Shown: positions 36,991 through 50,723 of the stretch, in pieces | Layout of the letters: every line of letters starts with the position of its first letter | How positions within the stretch are numbered: position 1 is the first letter of the stretch | NCBI GenBank assembly: GCA_032718475.1 | Contig: JAUCBJ010000472.1 | Location: 1 to 64,000, forward strand | Length of the DNA stretch: 64,000 bases | Direction of reading: 5' to 3' | Source: Nemertoderma westbladi | Taxonomy: Eukaryota; Animalia; Xenacoelomorpha | Translations under genes and position numbers: made by a program | Notes under the pieces: generated by a model | Seen by the model: only the letters and a program-made list of their open reading frames with translations | The model's database searches: none | What the model was told of the DNA's origin: nothing

Positions 36991-39540
36991 CCTATAGTCA
37001 TTGGGGGTAAAAAAAACAATTTTCCTTTTTTTGTGAATAAATGTATTAATATTCCATGGATTTCAATAAATTTGGTATTGTCTGAAAGCTAATCAAAAAT
37101 GCAATTTAATGATCATCAAACATCATTACCTAACATATTTTTAAAGAAATTGTGGTCAAAAAAGTGATGTTTTTTTTTACCCCAAAATGGGGTAAAACAA
37201 AAACAACAGTGGGTAAATAAAAAACACGGTTTCAAGTGGGGAATCATCGCAGTGCAATTGATTATATTTAATATTTCAGTATTTATTATTGATTTTTAAT
37301 TAAGTATCATACAAGTAATCATATATACGAGCATATTTTGATTAATAAAGTTGGTGTTGGCTCATATATTCGTACTTGAGACGCACAATTGTTAGCAGTT
37401 TTACATCAAATCGGAATATTCCTCCTCCTTTTAGTTTCTTGCCAGTCATCGGACCAAAAAATACATAGTTTGAGTTTAAAATGCTAATATCACCGGTTTT
37501 TATTTCGAACTCATCATCACCTTTGTATGTATAAAACTGGAATTCAATCTGATCTACTAATGACTCACAATCATTGCTAAAGAGCTTCAATGGCTGACCG
37601 AAATAAAATGATTTCTCATAGGCTACCACAAAAAATTTTGATTTCACTTCATCTTCGTTAGTTTCGGTAATATAACGTTGCACAGCTTGAATTTCGTCTA
37701 CAAGAATATCCTTTCCCCCCTTCCTCTTTGTAGGTTCTTTTGACGATGACGTTGGTTCATCTACATAAGAATCAGATAAAACTTCAAACCGTCACCAAAC
37801 CCCTGGAAGACACATGATTGATCTTGAGACTCTGATTCCTCTGATTCCATGAGATTACAACCTTGCGTTTCTTAGCTATTTTCTTAACTTGCGTTTTTTT
37901 AGCTAAATTTTTCTTTTGAAGCTTTTTCTTTTCAATCTCCTTTTTATCCTCGATTTCTTTTTCGTCGTCTGCCTTTCTGTTTAGATTAGATTTATTTTTT
38001 CAAAAGTTCTCTAGAAATAACTCAGCAAAGGATTTCTTTGGCCCTTGATGTTGGTGTTGACCTTCCTGAAGTCGGAAATAATTCATTCGAAACCATAATC
38101 CATTGACCAGATCCTGTTGGTGCCGTAGATGTGGATGGCTCTGTGGGTGTTGTTAAAGGTACCCAAGCCCAACGGGCAGAAGTGACTGAACTGGTGGTAT
38201 TTGGTGGTGAAAGGAACGAAGTGGATAAACTGTTATTAACAGTTGGTGATGCTATAACAGATTCCTCAATTTGTACAGGTCCCGTATTACTCCCGTCTGC
38301 GATTGAAACTTCTCCCTGGGCCCCGTCCTTGTCTGAATCCTCTTCCTGGGTCACTGGCTCAACAGTGTTATCACAGACGGCTGGTCGCCCATCTTGGACC
38401 CACTTTACATACTTATCTTTCAGCCCCAAATCGAAGTCTCCCAAGTGACAATAACGCGATGGATTAAACGGGAATATACCAGTTGATTCAAATCCTGATT
38501 GAATGTTCGTGGGTGAACCGCCAATATGCCAAATTTGAGATAGTTGATTTACGAACTGTTTCTTTGACATAGCCTTTAACTTTCCGTCTTCTCCTATACC
38601 GTTGGAGACTATCAAATTCGTTAGCCGGTTAGCCCAATGCTTCTTCAAGGGACCAAAAACTGACTTATCAAGTGGCTGTAAAGTGGTGGTAGTGTGGGGA
38701 GGCAACTTTAATATTGTGATATTTTCACTTCTAGCCTTTTTTATGGTTGGTATAGATACATGAGACAAGTGACCATCATATAAAAGAAGCAAAGGCCGTT
38801 CCGTGATTTTGTAACAAAACTCAAAGAACCAATCTTCAAAAACAGATGTTGTCATCCAACCAGTGGGACTTATTCCGTAAAAAATCTCAGGTAGGGCAAT
38901 ACCTTGATCACCTACCCAGTCTCTTGGAAGTCGAAGACGATCACTCTTTGAAGAGAAAATTATCAAAGGGTCTAATAGGCGACCATCTGCATTACAAACT
39001 GCTAATGTAGTTATATTCTCCCTTCCACTCCCGGCGACCACAGAAACCACTTTCTGACCAACTCGCGATACTGTTTCAACATTATTTGGGTCCATGGGAA
39101 AGCCGGACTCGTCTAAATTCCAACAATTCGCAGGTTTATCTTTCAGATCAGTTTTATGGAAGATATTTTCAAGTTTGTCGTAAAAGTCATTGATGATGAA
39201 AGGGTTTTTTATTGCACTGATTCTCCCCGCGTGCATTGTTTTAGTTTTTTTACTACTTAGTTTATTCCGAGCCATGAACAATTGTAGCCAATCCCTTCCG
39301 GGACACCATATAGTTGAAGTTCCAGGCTTATAAATTTTCTCATTCCGTGCATACGTTTCCACAATCCCGAGAATTTGCTTTCTTATCGGGGCAAAGCCCA
39401 TTGCAGCCATGCTTTCAATGCAGTTAGCTAAATCAGATTCCTGGGCATTACTCAATATTGAATGTCTGCCTTGGTTTCTGTTCTGATAGCCTTTTGTTTA
39501 TTGTTTCGGTTAGAATAACGTGCCACTGTAACCTGTAATT
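36991..39540 (-). mobile_element. pogo/Tigger-superfamily DNA transposon remnant (CENP-B HTH and DDE_1, DD35D), 5' truncated
   Basis: PGRDWLQLFMARN, WNLDESGF, GWMT, LLYDGHLSH, LPPHTT..LQPLD with 35 residues between the 2nd and 3rd Asp; ggggtaaaa repeats near 37000-37230 mark the probable 3' end. Confidence 0.88.
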
Positions 39541-40484
39541 ATTCTGTTGTATTAAAAATAATTTAACATCGAGGCAAAAGGCGAAAAATCAATTCGCCGA
39601 TATGGGATTTGCGTCCAGTCTCCCCCCACCCCCCCCCCCCCCCCCCCTGTCTCAACAACAGGTTAAAGTTTTATTTTTGGGAGTAATCAGCTGTTATTTC
39701 GTCGATTTTCCCCTGGAGAGGAATGAGTTAGTTTTAAAATACTGTAATAATGTAATAACTGTAAAATACTGTATGTAAGTGATTCGATATTTTGTCATTT
39801 TGAAAGTTGCTTATTATGGTTCACATCATGGTTTAAATTTGATTTTTCTGCAATAAAAACTCAAATATTTGAAATAATATAAAACCCAACTCAACATGAA
39901 GTGAATTACATAATAACAGTATCATTCCTTGTCGGACGGAGCCTTTGTTATAGGATTGAAAACTGTCAAAGGGTGTGTGCTGGCTGGCTGGATGATATGG
40001 GTGTTTTCATAACTTATATATAAATGCAACAACAAAGCTATCCACATACTGTAGTTACATATAGACTCAAAAGTAGTTCCGACCTCCCTAATTACTTCCT
40101 TTCCCATATTATATGAGGTACTGAGGACTACAATTAATCCAATGGGCGAGTTTCGTTGTCATCACAAATTGCGCAGGTAATAGGAACTTACAAATGAACG
40201 GATTGCATGGTTGTTTTCACAACACTTGATAATTTAGACCCAGTAGTATCGTTCCACTCTCTTTCAATATAAACAGGTCCTAATAGTCGCCCCTTTCAGG
40301 ATGGCCAGTAAATCACCTAGGGCTTGGAACAATAACGCTTGTATCTACCATTATAGCCCATGTCATAAATATTCATTCTAGAACATTATATTTATTTAAG
40401 ATGGGGAGAATAAGTCAGCTAGTGGCAGAAACAAGTAGAAACATTATACTAAAGTGAACTTGAGTTGATTCTATTGGTTGTCTG

Positions 40485-40732
40485 GTAAACGGTGACTTTG
40501 ACTTTGCTGACTTATCAACAAAGTTGCACCGCCACAACTCCCTATCCCCCATGATTTTCGCAAGATTATCCGCATCTTCAAGGCCAATGTCCTTCAGGAG
40601 GCGTCCCACGAAAATCATGGGCTGTCCATCATGCTTTTTTCTCCATGGAGCTGCCAAAGCACAACATTGTGAACAGGCTGGTCCTCACCGAGAAAACAAT
40701 GTCCTGCAAAGCGGAGGTGGCTTCGTTCTAGT
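40485..40732 (-). mobile_element. diverged 3' fragment of the RTE family
   Basis: LRFAGHCF..EDQPVHN..GQPM..MGDRELWRCNFVDK, homologous to 10583-10830. Confidence 0.85.
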
Positions 40733-42095
40733 AGCAACCTACCCACCATATCTTACTTAACATTACTTGTAAGTGTATTAATTACCACTAGCAACCTACC
40801 CACTATATCTTACTTAACATTACTTGTAAGTGTATTAGTTACCACTAGCAACCTACCCACTATATCTTACTTAACATTACTTGTAAGTGTATTAGTTACC
40901 ACTAGCAACCTACCCACTATATCTTACTTAACATTACTTGTAAGTGTATTAGTTACCACTAGTAACCTACCCACCATATCTTACTTAACATTACTTGTAA
41001 GTGTATTAGTTACCACTAGCAACCTACCCACCATATCTTACTTAACATTACTTGTAAGTGTATTAGTTACCACTAGCAACCTACCCACTATATCTTACTT
41101 AACATTACTTGTAAGTGTATTAGTTACCACTAGTAACCTACCCACCATATCTTACTTAACATTACTTGTAAGTGTATTAGTTACCACTAGCAACCTACCC
41201 ACCATATCTTACTTAACATTACTTGTAAGTGTATTAGTTACCACTAGCTACCTACCCACTATATCTTACTTAACATTACTTGTAAGTGTATTAGTTACCA
41301 CTAGCAACCTACCCACCATATCTTACTTAACATTACTTGTAAGTGTATTAATTACCACTAGCAACCTACCCACTATATCTTACTTAACATTACTTGTAAG
41401 TGTATTAGTTACCACTAGCAACCTACCCACCATATCTTACTTAACATCACTTGTAAGTGTATTAGTTACCACTAGCAACCTACCCACCATATCTTACTTA
41501 ACATTACTTGTAAGTGTATTAGTTACCACTAGCAACCTACCCACCATATCTTACTTAACATTACTTGTAAGTGTATTAGTTACCACTAGCTACCTACCCA
41601 CTATATCTTACTTAACATTACTTGTAAGTGTATTAGTTACCACTAGCTACCTACCCACTATATCTTACTTAACATTACTTGTAAGTGTATTAATTACCAC
41701 TAGCAACCTACCCACCATATCTTACTTAACATTACTTGTAAGTGTATTAGTTACCACTAGCAACCTACCCACTATATCTTACTTAACATTACTTGTAAGT
41801 GTATTAATTACCACTAGCTACCTACCAACTATATCTTACTTAACATTACTTGTAAGTGTATTAATTACCACTAGCTACCTACCCACCATATCTTACTTAA
41901 CATTACTTGTAAGTGTATTAGTTACCACTAGCTACCTACCCACTATATCTTACTTAACATTACTTGTAAGTGTATTAGTTACCACTAGCAACCTACCCAC
42001 CATATCTTACTTAACATTACTTGTAAGTGTATTAGTTACCACTAGCTACCTACCAACTATATCTTACTTAACATTACTTGTAAATATATTAGTTA
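40729..42095. repeat. 57-bp tandem repeat, about 24 copies
   Basis: unit ctagcaacctacccactatatcttacttaacattacttgtaagtgtattagttacca. Confidence 0.97.
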
Positions 42096-42355
42096 CAATA
42101 GTTTTATTTAGTTAGTTAGTTATTAACAATTAGTTAGTTAAATATATTAGCAAAATAAAATTTACTTTACTTTTATTTACTTTTATTTAATTTACTTTAC
42201 AAAATCTATATTTAGTTTCAGTATTGTTATTAATTTAATACGTCTCAGTTATATTTTTCGTTTCATGTGGTTGTGCTAATGTTATCTCGGAATTTGTTTC
42301 ATATATGCGTATTTGGTTCAGGATGTATTATATTTCCTCGAACTTTACTTTATAG

Positions 42356-42476
42356 GATGTTTATATATTGGAGAATGTGGTGTTCCAATCCGTTATGTAT
42401 GCGGTTTATGCGACACTTTCTCGAACTCGAGATTACGATGCAACCATAGCACGATATTACGACTTTATTGCTCTAG
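42356..42476 (+). CDS. candidate internal exon of an unidentified gene
   Basis: ctttatag acceptor, open frame DVYILENVVFQSVMYAVYATLSRTRDYDATIARYYDFIAL (a second frame is also open), AG|GTAAGT donor; no homology recognised. Confidence 0.35.
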
Positions 42477-42841
42477 GTAAGTTCGGGAGATATTGCACTC
42501 GGTAAGTTCGTAGATATTGCTCTAGGTAAGTTCGGCAGATATTGCTCTAGGTAAGTTCGGGAGATATTGCTCTAGGTAAGTTCGGGAGATATTGCACTCG
42601 GTAAGTTCGTAGATATTGCTCTAGGTAAGTTCGGAAGATATTGCTCTGGTAAGTTCGGCAGATATTGCTCTAGGTAAGTTCGGCAGATATTGCTCTAGGT
42701 AAGTTCGGGAGATATTGCTCTAGGTAAGTTCGGCAGATATTGCTCTAGGTAAGTTCGGCAGATATTGCTCTAGGTAAGTTCGGGAGATATTGCTTTAGGT
42801 AAGTTCGGCAGATATTGCTCTAGGTAAGTTCGGGAGATATT
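42466..42841 (+). repeat. 25-bp minisatellite (attgctctaggtaagttcgggagat), about 15 copies
   Basis: direct inspection; every unit carries GTAAGT. Confidence 0.95.
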
Positions 42842-43534
42842 ACAATATTTCGGCTCGACGGCTGCGTTGATGCTATTACGTTTTAACAAAACCTTAATAA
42901 TTAACTGCAGAACTTATTCAACATTATGACAATATAACCTTATAGTAAGTAGTATTGTATGTCTGTGGGCCCAGAATAGTATATTTTTATCTAAGTTTAT
43001 GTGGACAACCCTGCACACCCGTACAGCCCACATGCTGTCTCTGCTGTAAGAAAGGGGCAGTCTATTCAAATATAATTTTTTCTCACCTTTTCGGATTTTG
43101 TCGTTATTATCAAGTAAAAAAGCTCCTATCATGGTTTTTCTAAATATGTGCAGATATTTTGATTCACCGTTAAAAATCCTTCAAATGTTCATGTGAACCT
43201 TCCTCAGTGCGCTCGCTTCATTCTTACTACAGTATTAATGTATTTATAGCTCAGGTATAAATAGTTGTTTATTACATTTACTTATTTATTATAATATTAT
43301 ACGTAGGGAATATACAGTAGAAATGTAGAATCACACTGTATTCGGTAATCAGATTATAATGAGTGGCGGAATTGTTTCAGGTGTTACAGCTGGAATCCAA
43401 TTCATATTCAACATCTGTTTCGGGATTCTCTTTGCCGTGAAGTTGAATAAAACGAAAAAGGATATCTCGGTGAAAGATAGGGATTACCGTAAACTTCGGG
43501 AGTTTATGAAACCTGATGTACCCGAGTTAGGGTT

Positions 43535-43630
43535 AACCGAGGCCTACTGACCGAGGGGCCTACTGTCCGAGGAGGCCTACTGACCGAGAAGGCATACTGA
43601 CCGAGGAGGCCTACTGAACGAGGCCTACAA
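43535..43630. repeat. about 17-bp repeat (gaccgaggaggcctact), about 5 copies
   Basis: direct inspection. Confidence 0.85.
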
Positions 43631-43785
43631 ACCGAACCTTCTAAACTAATTGCTTTATATGCTGGTGAATATTAGGTCAACTAATGAAAATCCACATTTA
43701 TAGTACCGTAATTATACTTATTCATTATTTATTATTCGGTTAATGCTGTATAACATGTATTATTTGATACCTTAAGGTATCTTAA

Positions 43786-44301
43786 GGGGGGGTGGGGGGG
43801 GGGGGGGGGGGAGGTTCACCCCCAGTCTTTATTCATCAGATTTTTTTTTATTTGTTTTCCGCTGTAAACTTTTGTAATTTTCCCTCAAAATTTGAAAAAT
43901 TTTATTTTTGGTGCAGCCATGATCTACTAAATATATCAATATATATATATATATAGTAGGTCATGGTGCAGCACCACATTTGACACCAAAAGAGACCATC
44001 AAACACACAGGAATTTCGAAATATTTTGCCATTTTCGTAATCAGCGCCGAAAATTAGCCTATAGGTATCAAAACCGCAGAAGAGAAAATTAAAGTGAAAA
44101 AATAAAGTGAAAATTTTTAAAAATTTTTCAAAAATTAATAATTTTCAAATTTTATGTGAAAATTACAAAAGTTGCCATAACTCGTGAACAAAACAACTTA
44201 TCGAAAAACTGATTTCAGATTCGGAATCAGCATAAAATTTTACATCGGAAAACACATTTTAAAAAATCTGATGAAAAAAAGACCCCCCCCCCCCCCCCCC
44301 T
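43786..44301. mobile_element. TTAA-flanked MITE with poly-G/poly-C ends (Kolobok-like)
   Basis: ttaa|ggggggg... and ...gaccccc(n)t|ttaa; same architecture as 23492-23819. Confidence 0.6.
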
Positions 44302-45585
44302 TTAATTAAATGATTCAACATTATTTTTTTTAATTTTACTTTGCAGAAATACACTTTATTGCTCGGTTGTGCATTTTTATCACATTTATTATATCTGATT
44401 AATAATATAAAACCAGCTGCATATAATTTATAAAACGAATTAAAATAAATTCCTATTATTTGGCAGATATTTACTTGGAGCGATTTACTCATTAAATTCG
44501 AATTTCATTTGCCAAGTCATATTTTACTCTTCCAAAGCGCTTGTTGCTATGGCTCTAAATACAATTGCAATGATGTTGGCTCAGAAAATCAAATATTGGA
44601 ATTAATAATTGTATTCGATAAACTGAACAAAAAGGATTAAACACGATTGTGTTGTTTATTTAATAAATGTTTTAATAATAAATTATCTAGGTGTTGTTAA
44701 AATATCTATGGTTACAGCATGATTATATTTTTATTTGATTTTCAGTTTTGGAAAGCAAAACTTACAGTTTAGTATAAGGTAGTCGCCAAAAAATACAATA
44801 TAAAATAGCGGCTATTTTGCAGGAGTTTCTCTTTGCAAACCGATATATTTTTTTGCTGGGATACAGTTGAGCAGGTAACCCTTCTTTACTCTCCAGCTAG
44901 TAGTTAGTAGTTCCTCAAAGTTATCAGATTAACGACAACAGGGTTGTTCCACACCTTCCTCACCTGTTCCACACTACATTCCGACGCGATAACAACTTGA
45001 CACATTATGGATGCTGTTTGTTGTACTAATTGATATTTGTAACCCTTTTGTCTCTTGGATTTCCCATCTCTTTCTGTCGCTATTTACCATTCCAAGTAGG
45101 CCTACCCACTTAGGCCTATAAAATATTATATAGGTCTACCGTGATTGCATTGTATTGTATATTGTCCTGAGAATAATTACTCTAAAAAAATTTAAAATAA
45201 AACTCGTACCATTTTAAATGTATTCTATATCAATATTTTTACAGAAGTTAATTAATTACAATCACATTCTACTGTAGGATCTGATTGTTCTTATACTTTA
45301 TCTCTATTGGTAGTTAATTTTAGTCCAGAATTCGGCCGCTATGGAGCTGCAGAAAGGTGCAGTTGGTCCCCGACACTATTACTGGCAGGATCACAAACCT
45401 GTCACAACTAATATGATCTACGGTCTCCATTATAGGAAGGATCCAAACTTTCAGATGTCCAGAACAGAAAAAAGCGATGCCAAGAAGAAAAATACTTTAA
45501 AAGGTTAATTAATACATTTCCGATACACTCGACGCCAAACCCGCCTTGGCGAATTAGTATCCCGCCTCAATAATAAATTATCAAT

Positions 45586-45760
45586 TTAGGGAAAGGAGCA
45601 GGTTACAGTGGCACGTTATTTTAACCAAAACTATAAACTAAACACAATAGCTAACAGGTTACAGTTTTATTTTTGAGAATAATCAGCTGTTATTTGCGTC
45701 CAATTTCCTCTGGAGAGGGATGAATTTTTATTGCGTCCAGTATCCCCCCCCCCCCCCTCC
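45586..45760 (+). mobile_element. short dispersed repeat family (most complete copy here)
   Basis: agggaaa..caggttacagt..ttaaccaaaac..tttcctctggagag motifs recur at about 36895, 39658, 52480 and 57040. Confidence 0.65.
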
Positions 45761-46511
45761 CCCTCCTATCTGATATTTCCATATCTTTCCAATTTTAGAG
45801 CCAAAGTAGTGAAAATAATGTTCCATTACAAACATAAAACTACGTACTGTAGAGCTACGGGATGAAAAATATGGTAAGGTATTATAGATAATGTCGATTC
45901 CTTATTAACATCGAAAAATAAAATATTTCGAGATAATTGAAAATAATGTTCGTCTATAATATTTACAAAACAATAAATAAATAATTTTTTTTGTTATATT
46001 TGTATAATTATATTTGTATAATTGCGATTATTTTTAAGATCAAAGCGGTGGGAAACCCCCTACAGTGGCTGTCAAGAATACAGAAATGCTGCCAATTGAT
46101 TTCCAAGCCAAGTTGTTAAGGAGAACCTTCAACGCGGTCGGTGAAAACTTTAAAAGTCCACCGGAGCAAGAGAACCTTGGATCCTACTTATGGCATGTAC
46201 ATTCTGGAAACCTTGTACACATACAACATTGACGATATTAAACATTCACATTATACTGTAGAACTATAACTTATTGTTATACAGTAGTTAGAAGTATAAA
46301 TGTACTGTATGTAGACCTATTCAATCTATTTTTATTGTTACTTTCTGGGATAAATATGTGCCGGATTTTGAAAACACCAACGTTTATAAACTCAAAAGTA
46401 CTTTGGGGTATGAATGAGAGCGTGTGTGAGTTCACGAGTATTAACTAATAATGATTTTATGGAAATGTGGGCGAAAGGGTAACTTACTGAGAAAGGAAAA
46501 ATTTTATCCAG

Positions 46512-46571
46512 ATGTCGTTACTTACATACATACCGGTACATCGACCATGCCTCCACGGTCCGCGTTCACAG
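46512..46571 (+). CDS. candidate 60-nt internal exon of an unidentified gene
   Basis: ttttatccag acceptor, CAG|GTAACA donor, open frame (D)VVTYIHTGTSTMPPRSAFT; length is a multiple of 3. Confidence 0.4.
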
Positions 46572-49210
46572 GTAACACCTCCTCCACAGTTCACATTCAC
46601 ATGTAACTCCTCCACAGTTCACGTTCACAGGTAACAAACACTTCCACAGTTCACGATCACAGCTAACACCTCCACAGTTCACGTTCACATGTAACAAACA
46701 TCTCCACAGTTCACGTTCACAGGTAACACCTCTACAGTTCACATTCACATGTAAGTCCTCCAAAGTTCACGTTCACATGTAACACCTCCACAGTTCACGT
46801 TCACAGGTAACAAACACCTCCACAGTTCACGTTCACAGCTAACACCTCCACAGTTCACGTTCATAGGTAACACCACCACAGTTCACGTTCACAGGTAACA
46901 CCTCCACAGTTCACGTTCATAGGTAACACCACCACAGTTCACGTTCCCAGGTAACAAACACCACCACAGTTCACGTTCACATGTAACAAACATCTCCACA
47001 GTTCACGTTCACAGGTAACACCTCCACAGTTCACGTTCACAGGTAACACCTCCACAGTTCACGTTCACAGGTAACACCTCCACAGTTCACGTTCACAGGT
47101 AACACCTCCACAGTTCACGTTCATAGGTAACACCACCACAGTTCACGTTCACATGTAACAAACATATCCCCAGTTCACGTTCACAGGTAATACCTCCACA
47201 GTTCATGTTAACAGTTAACACCTCCACAGTTCACGTTCACAGGTAACACCTCCACAGTTCACGTTCACAGGGAACACCTCCACAGTACACGTTCACAGGA
47301 AACACCACCACAATTTACGTTCACATGTAACAAACACCTGCACAGTTCACGTTCACAGGTAACAAACACCTCCACAGTTCACGTTCACAGGTAACACCTC
47401 CACAGTTCACGTTCACATGTAACAAACACCTCCACATTTCAAGTTCGCAGTTAATACCTCCACAGTTCACGTTCACAGATAACAGCCACATAGACACGTT
47501 CAAAAGTAACACCTCCAAGGTTAACGTTCACAGGTAACACCTCCACAGTTCACGTTCACAGGTAACACCTCCACAGTTCACGTTCATAGGTAACACCACC
47601 ACAGTTCACGTTCACATGTAACAAACATATCCCCAGTTCACGTTCACAGGTAATACCTCCACAGTTCATGTTAACAGTTAACACCTCCACAGTTCACGTT
47701 CACAGGTAACACCTCCACAGTTCACGTTCACAGGGAACACCTCCACAGTACACGTTCACAGGAAACACCACCACAATTTACGTTCACATGTAACAAACAC
47801 CTGCACAGTTCACGTTCACAGGTAACAAACACCTCCACAGTTCACGTTCACAGGTAACACCTCCACAGTTCACGTTCACATGTAACAAACACCTCCACAT
47901 TTCAAGTTCGCAGTTAATACCTCCACAGTTCACGTTCACAGATAACAGCCACATAGACACGTTCAAAAGTAACACCTCCAAGGTTAACGTTCACAGGTGA
48001 CACCTCCACAGTTCACGTTCACAGGTAACACCACCACAGTTTACGTTCACATGTAAAAAACACCTCCACAGTTCACGTTCACAGGTAACAAACACCTTCA
48101 CAGTTCACGTTCGCAGGTAACAGCTACATAGTTCACGATCACAAGTAACACCTCCACATTTCACGTTTGCAGGTAATACCTCCACAGTTCACGTTTACAG
48201 ATGACAGCCACATAGACACGTTCAAAAGTAACACCTCTAAGGTTCACGTTCACAGGTGACACCACCACAGTTTACGTTCACATGTAAAAAACACCTCCAC
48301 AGTTCACGTTCACAGGTAACAAACACCTCCACAGTTCACGTTCACAGGTAACACCTCCACAGTTCACGTTCACATGTAACAAACACCTCCACATTTCAAG
48401 TTCGCAGTTAATACCTCCACAGTTCACGTTCACAGATAACAGCCACATAGACACGTTCAAAAGTAACACCTCCAAGGTTAACGTTCACAGGTAACACCTC
48501 CACAGTTCACGTTCACAGGTAACACCTCCACAGTTCACGTTCACAGGGAACACCTCCACAGTACACGTTCACAGGAAACACCACCACAATTTACGTTCAC
48601 ATGTAACAAACACCTGCACAGTTCACGTTCACAGGTAACAAACACCTCCACAGTTCACGTTCACAGGTAACACCTCCACAGTTCACGTTCACATGTAACA
48701 AACACCTCCACATTTCAAGTTCGCAGTTAATACCTCCACAGTTCACGTTCACAGATAACAGCCACATAGACACGTTCAAAAGTAACACCTCCAAGGTTAA
48801 CGTTCACAGGTGACACCTCCACAGTTCACGTTCACAGGTAACACCACCACAGTTTACGTTCACATGTAAAAAACACCTCCACAGTTCACGTTCACAGGTA
48901 ACAAACACCTTCACAGTTCACGTTCGCAGGTAACAGCTACATAGTTCACGATCACAAGTAACACCTCCACATTTCACGTTTGCAGGTAATACCTCCACAG
49001 TTCACGTTTACAGATGACAGCCACATAGACACGTTCAAAAGTAACACCTCTAAGGTTCACGTTCACAGGTGACACCACCACAGTTTACGTTCACATGTAA
49101 AAAACACCTCCACAGTTCACGTTCACAGGTAACAAACACCTCCAAAGTTCACGGTCACAGGTAACACCTCCAGTAGTTCACGTTCACAGATAACACCTCC
49201 ACAGTTCACA
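46550..49210 (+). repeat. 28/31-bp satellite (cctccacagttcacgttcacaggtaaca) with higher-order duplications
   Basis: direct inspection; near-identical variant blocks recur at 47321, 47784, 48278 and 48597. Confidence 0.97.
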
Positions 49211-49212
49211 TT

Positions 49213-50652
49213 TGTTCGAGACAAACTTACAGTCTGATGAGACAATCTGTACAAATTAAAGGCGCCTCTAGGGGCGTCGGACCGACTTTCTCAGTTCTTC
49301 GAGGTCTCTGGCTGCGGGTAAGAACACATTTCATTGGCTGTTTCTGACGGCAGAGGTGGCTGCTGGGGTCGAAATATTTACAATATTGGTTGGGTCGAGT
49401 GGTATAGACGACAGCGCAGTTCGGATTGCCCTTTTAGCCAAGACATCGAAAGTGTAGACGAGTTGATTGTACTTCGATACATAAGAGCTTGGGAAGCTAG
49501 CGCAGATCTTCACTGGAAGTCGCGCCATTGGTATTATACAGGACGCACTTACGAAGGAGTGTATGTATTTCACCCCTATCTCTTTCCCCAGGTCGAACAA
49601 AAAACTCGTATTCCCAGCTACGAATTAATAAATTCGTGCGAGTGTATTTCCACCAAATACATCCGAAAATATTTGAGACTTTCACACTGCTATTCTGCAC
49701 TCAAAACTAAATAGTCGGTCCTGAGACGAACTAAGTAGCCAGTGGACAGAGTGTGCAAGCACTCTGGGGCTAGTTAGCCAGAGATCTATCTCAGTCCAAG
49801 ACAGTAACGTCTTACCTTCCCAGCAACCGCGAACCCACTAAGGCCGGCCTGGGAAGAAAGAAGTGCAATACCATGGAGCAGAGCTCACTTCAAGGCTAGT
49901 CAGCCAAACTCAGTCCTTGGCGGTAACGTCTTACCTTCCCAGCAACCACGAACCCGCTAAGGCTGGCCTGGGAAGAAAGAAGTCCAATTAGAGCAGAGCC
50001 TAGTTTAGCTGTCGAGGCAGCCAACTATGAAGGCTGGTTTTTGGGACTCATTTTTTCATCCAAATGTTGCCCCTTTTAAACCCAGTGTGGGGTCAATAAG
50101 AAGTTGACCCCTAATTATCACCTAAACACAGTTTGTCATTCTTGTGCAGTGATTTTACATTCAACCCATGTAAAATATAATTAATACGTTGTTCTTAGAC
50201 TGACCAATAACCGATTACTGATGATGAATGGCAATAGAGTTTGCTGGTTATCAATTATTCCTTTATTAATAACTGGGTGAGACTAATAGGTGGGTGAAGG
50301 TTGGCGTACTAAGAGGCCAATGATAGAAAGGAGGGAGGTTGTGTAGCAACCTCCTTCATTGGATAGCAATGATTTGTAGGGGAGTAGTCAGCAATATTGG
50401 TTGGAATTGTGGGTGAGGGTGGTTAAGGATGTTTGGGATGGAAATATGTTGTAATATTTGATATTAACGGAATGAAATATTATGGTGGGAAAGGGGGAAT
50501 CATGACAGACTGTCTTTTTGTATGTTTGCCTACGGAGGTGCGAAAAATTGATTACAAAGCGTCCTCGGGAGGGAAACCAATCAAGATATTTGCAACCCAA
50601 TAACAATAATGGTAGATTCGGTTGGCACCGAATCAATTAAGTAAGGGGAACA
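49213..50652. mobile_element. possible LTR-like or other TE-derived block
   Basis: tgttc...gaaca ends, several CCAAT-like motifs and an internal ~119-bp duplication; no TSD found. Confidence 0.25.
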
Positions 50653-50723
50653 ATCTCACCATTAAACCATATGGGAAACTTAGGTGCAATATAGTGTTGT
50701 TGGTGTTAGTGACCGCTATGGGT

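Noticed and set aside
43359-46232. Multi-exon gene model (hydrophobic ORF at 43359, candidate exons at about 44747, 45799 and 46039 with faint dynein-light-chain resemblance)
   Set aside because: I could not join the pieces in consistent phases without stops, and the similarity is too weak.
46566-48794. Cys-rich 65-aa ORFs (VNVNCGG repeats)
   Set aside because: They are translations of the 28/31-bp satellite with non-ATG starts.
49215-49380. Hammerhead ribozyme (ctgatga at about 49234)
   Set aside because: No correctly placed GAAA core or supporting stems.
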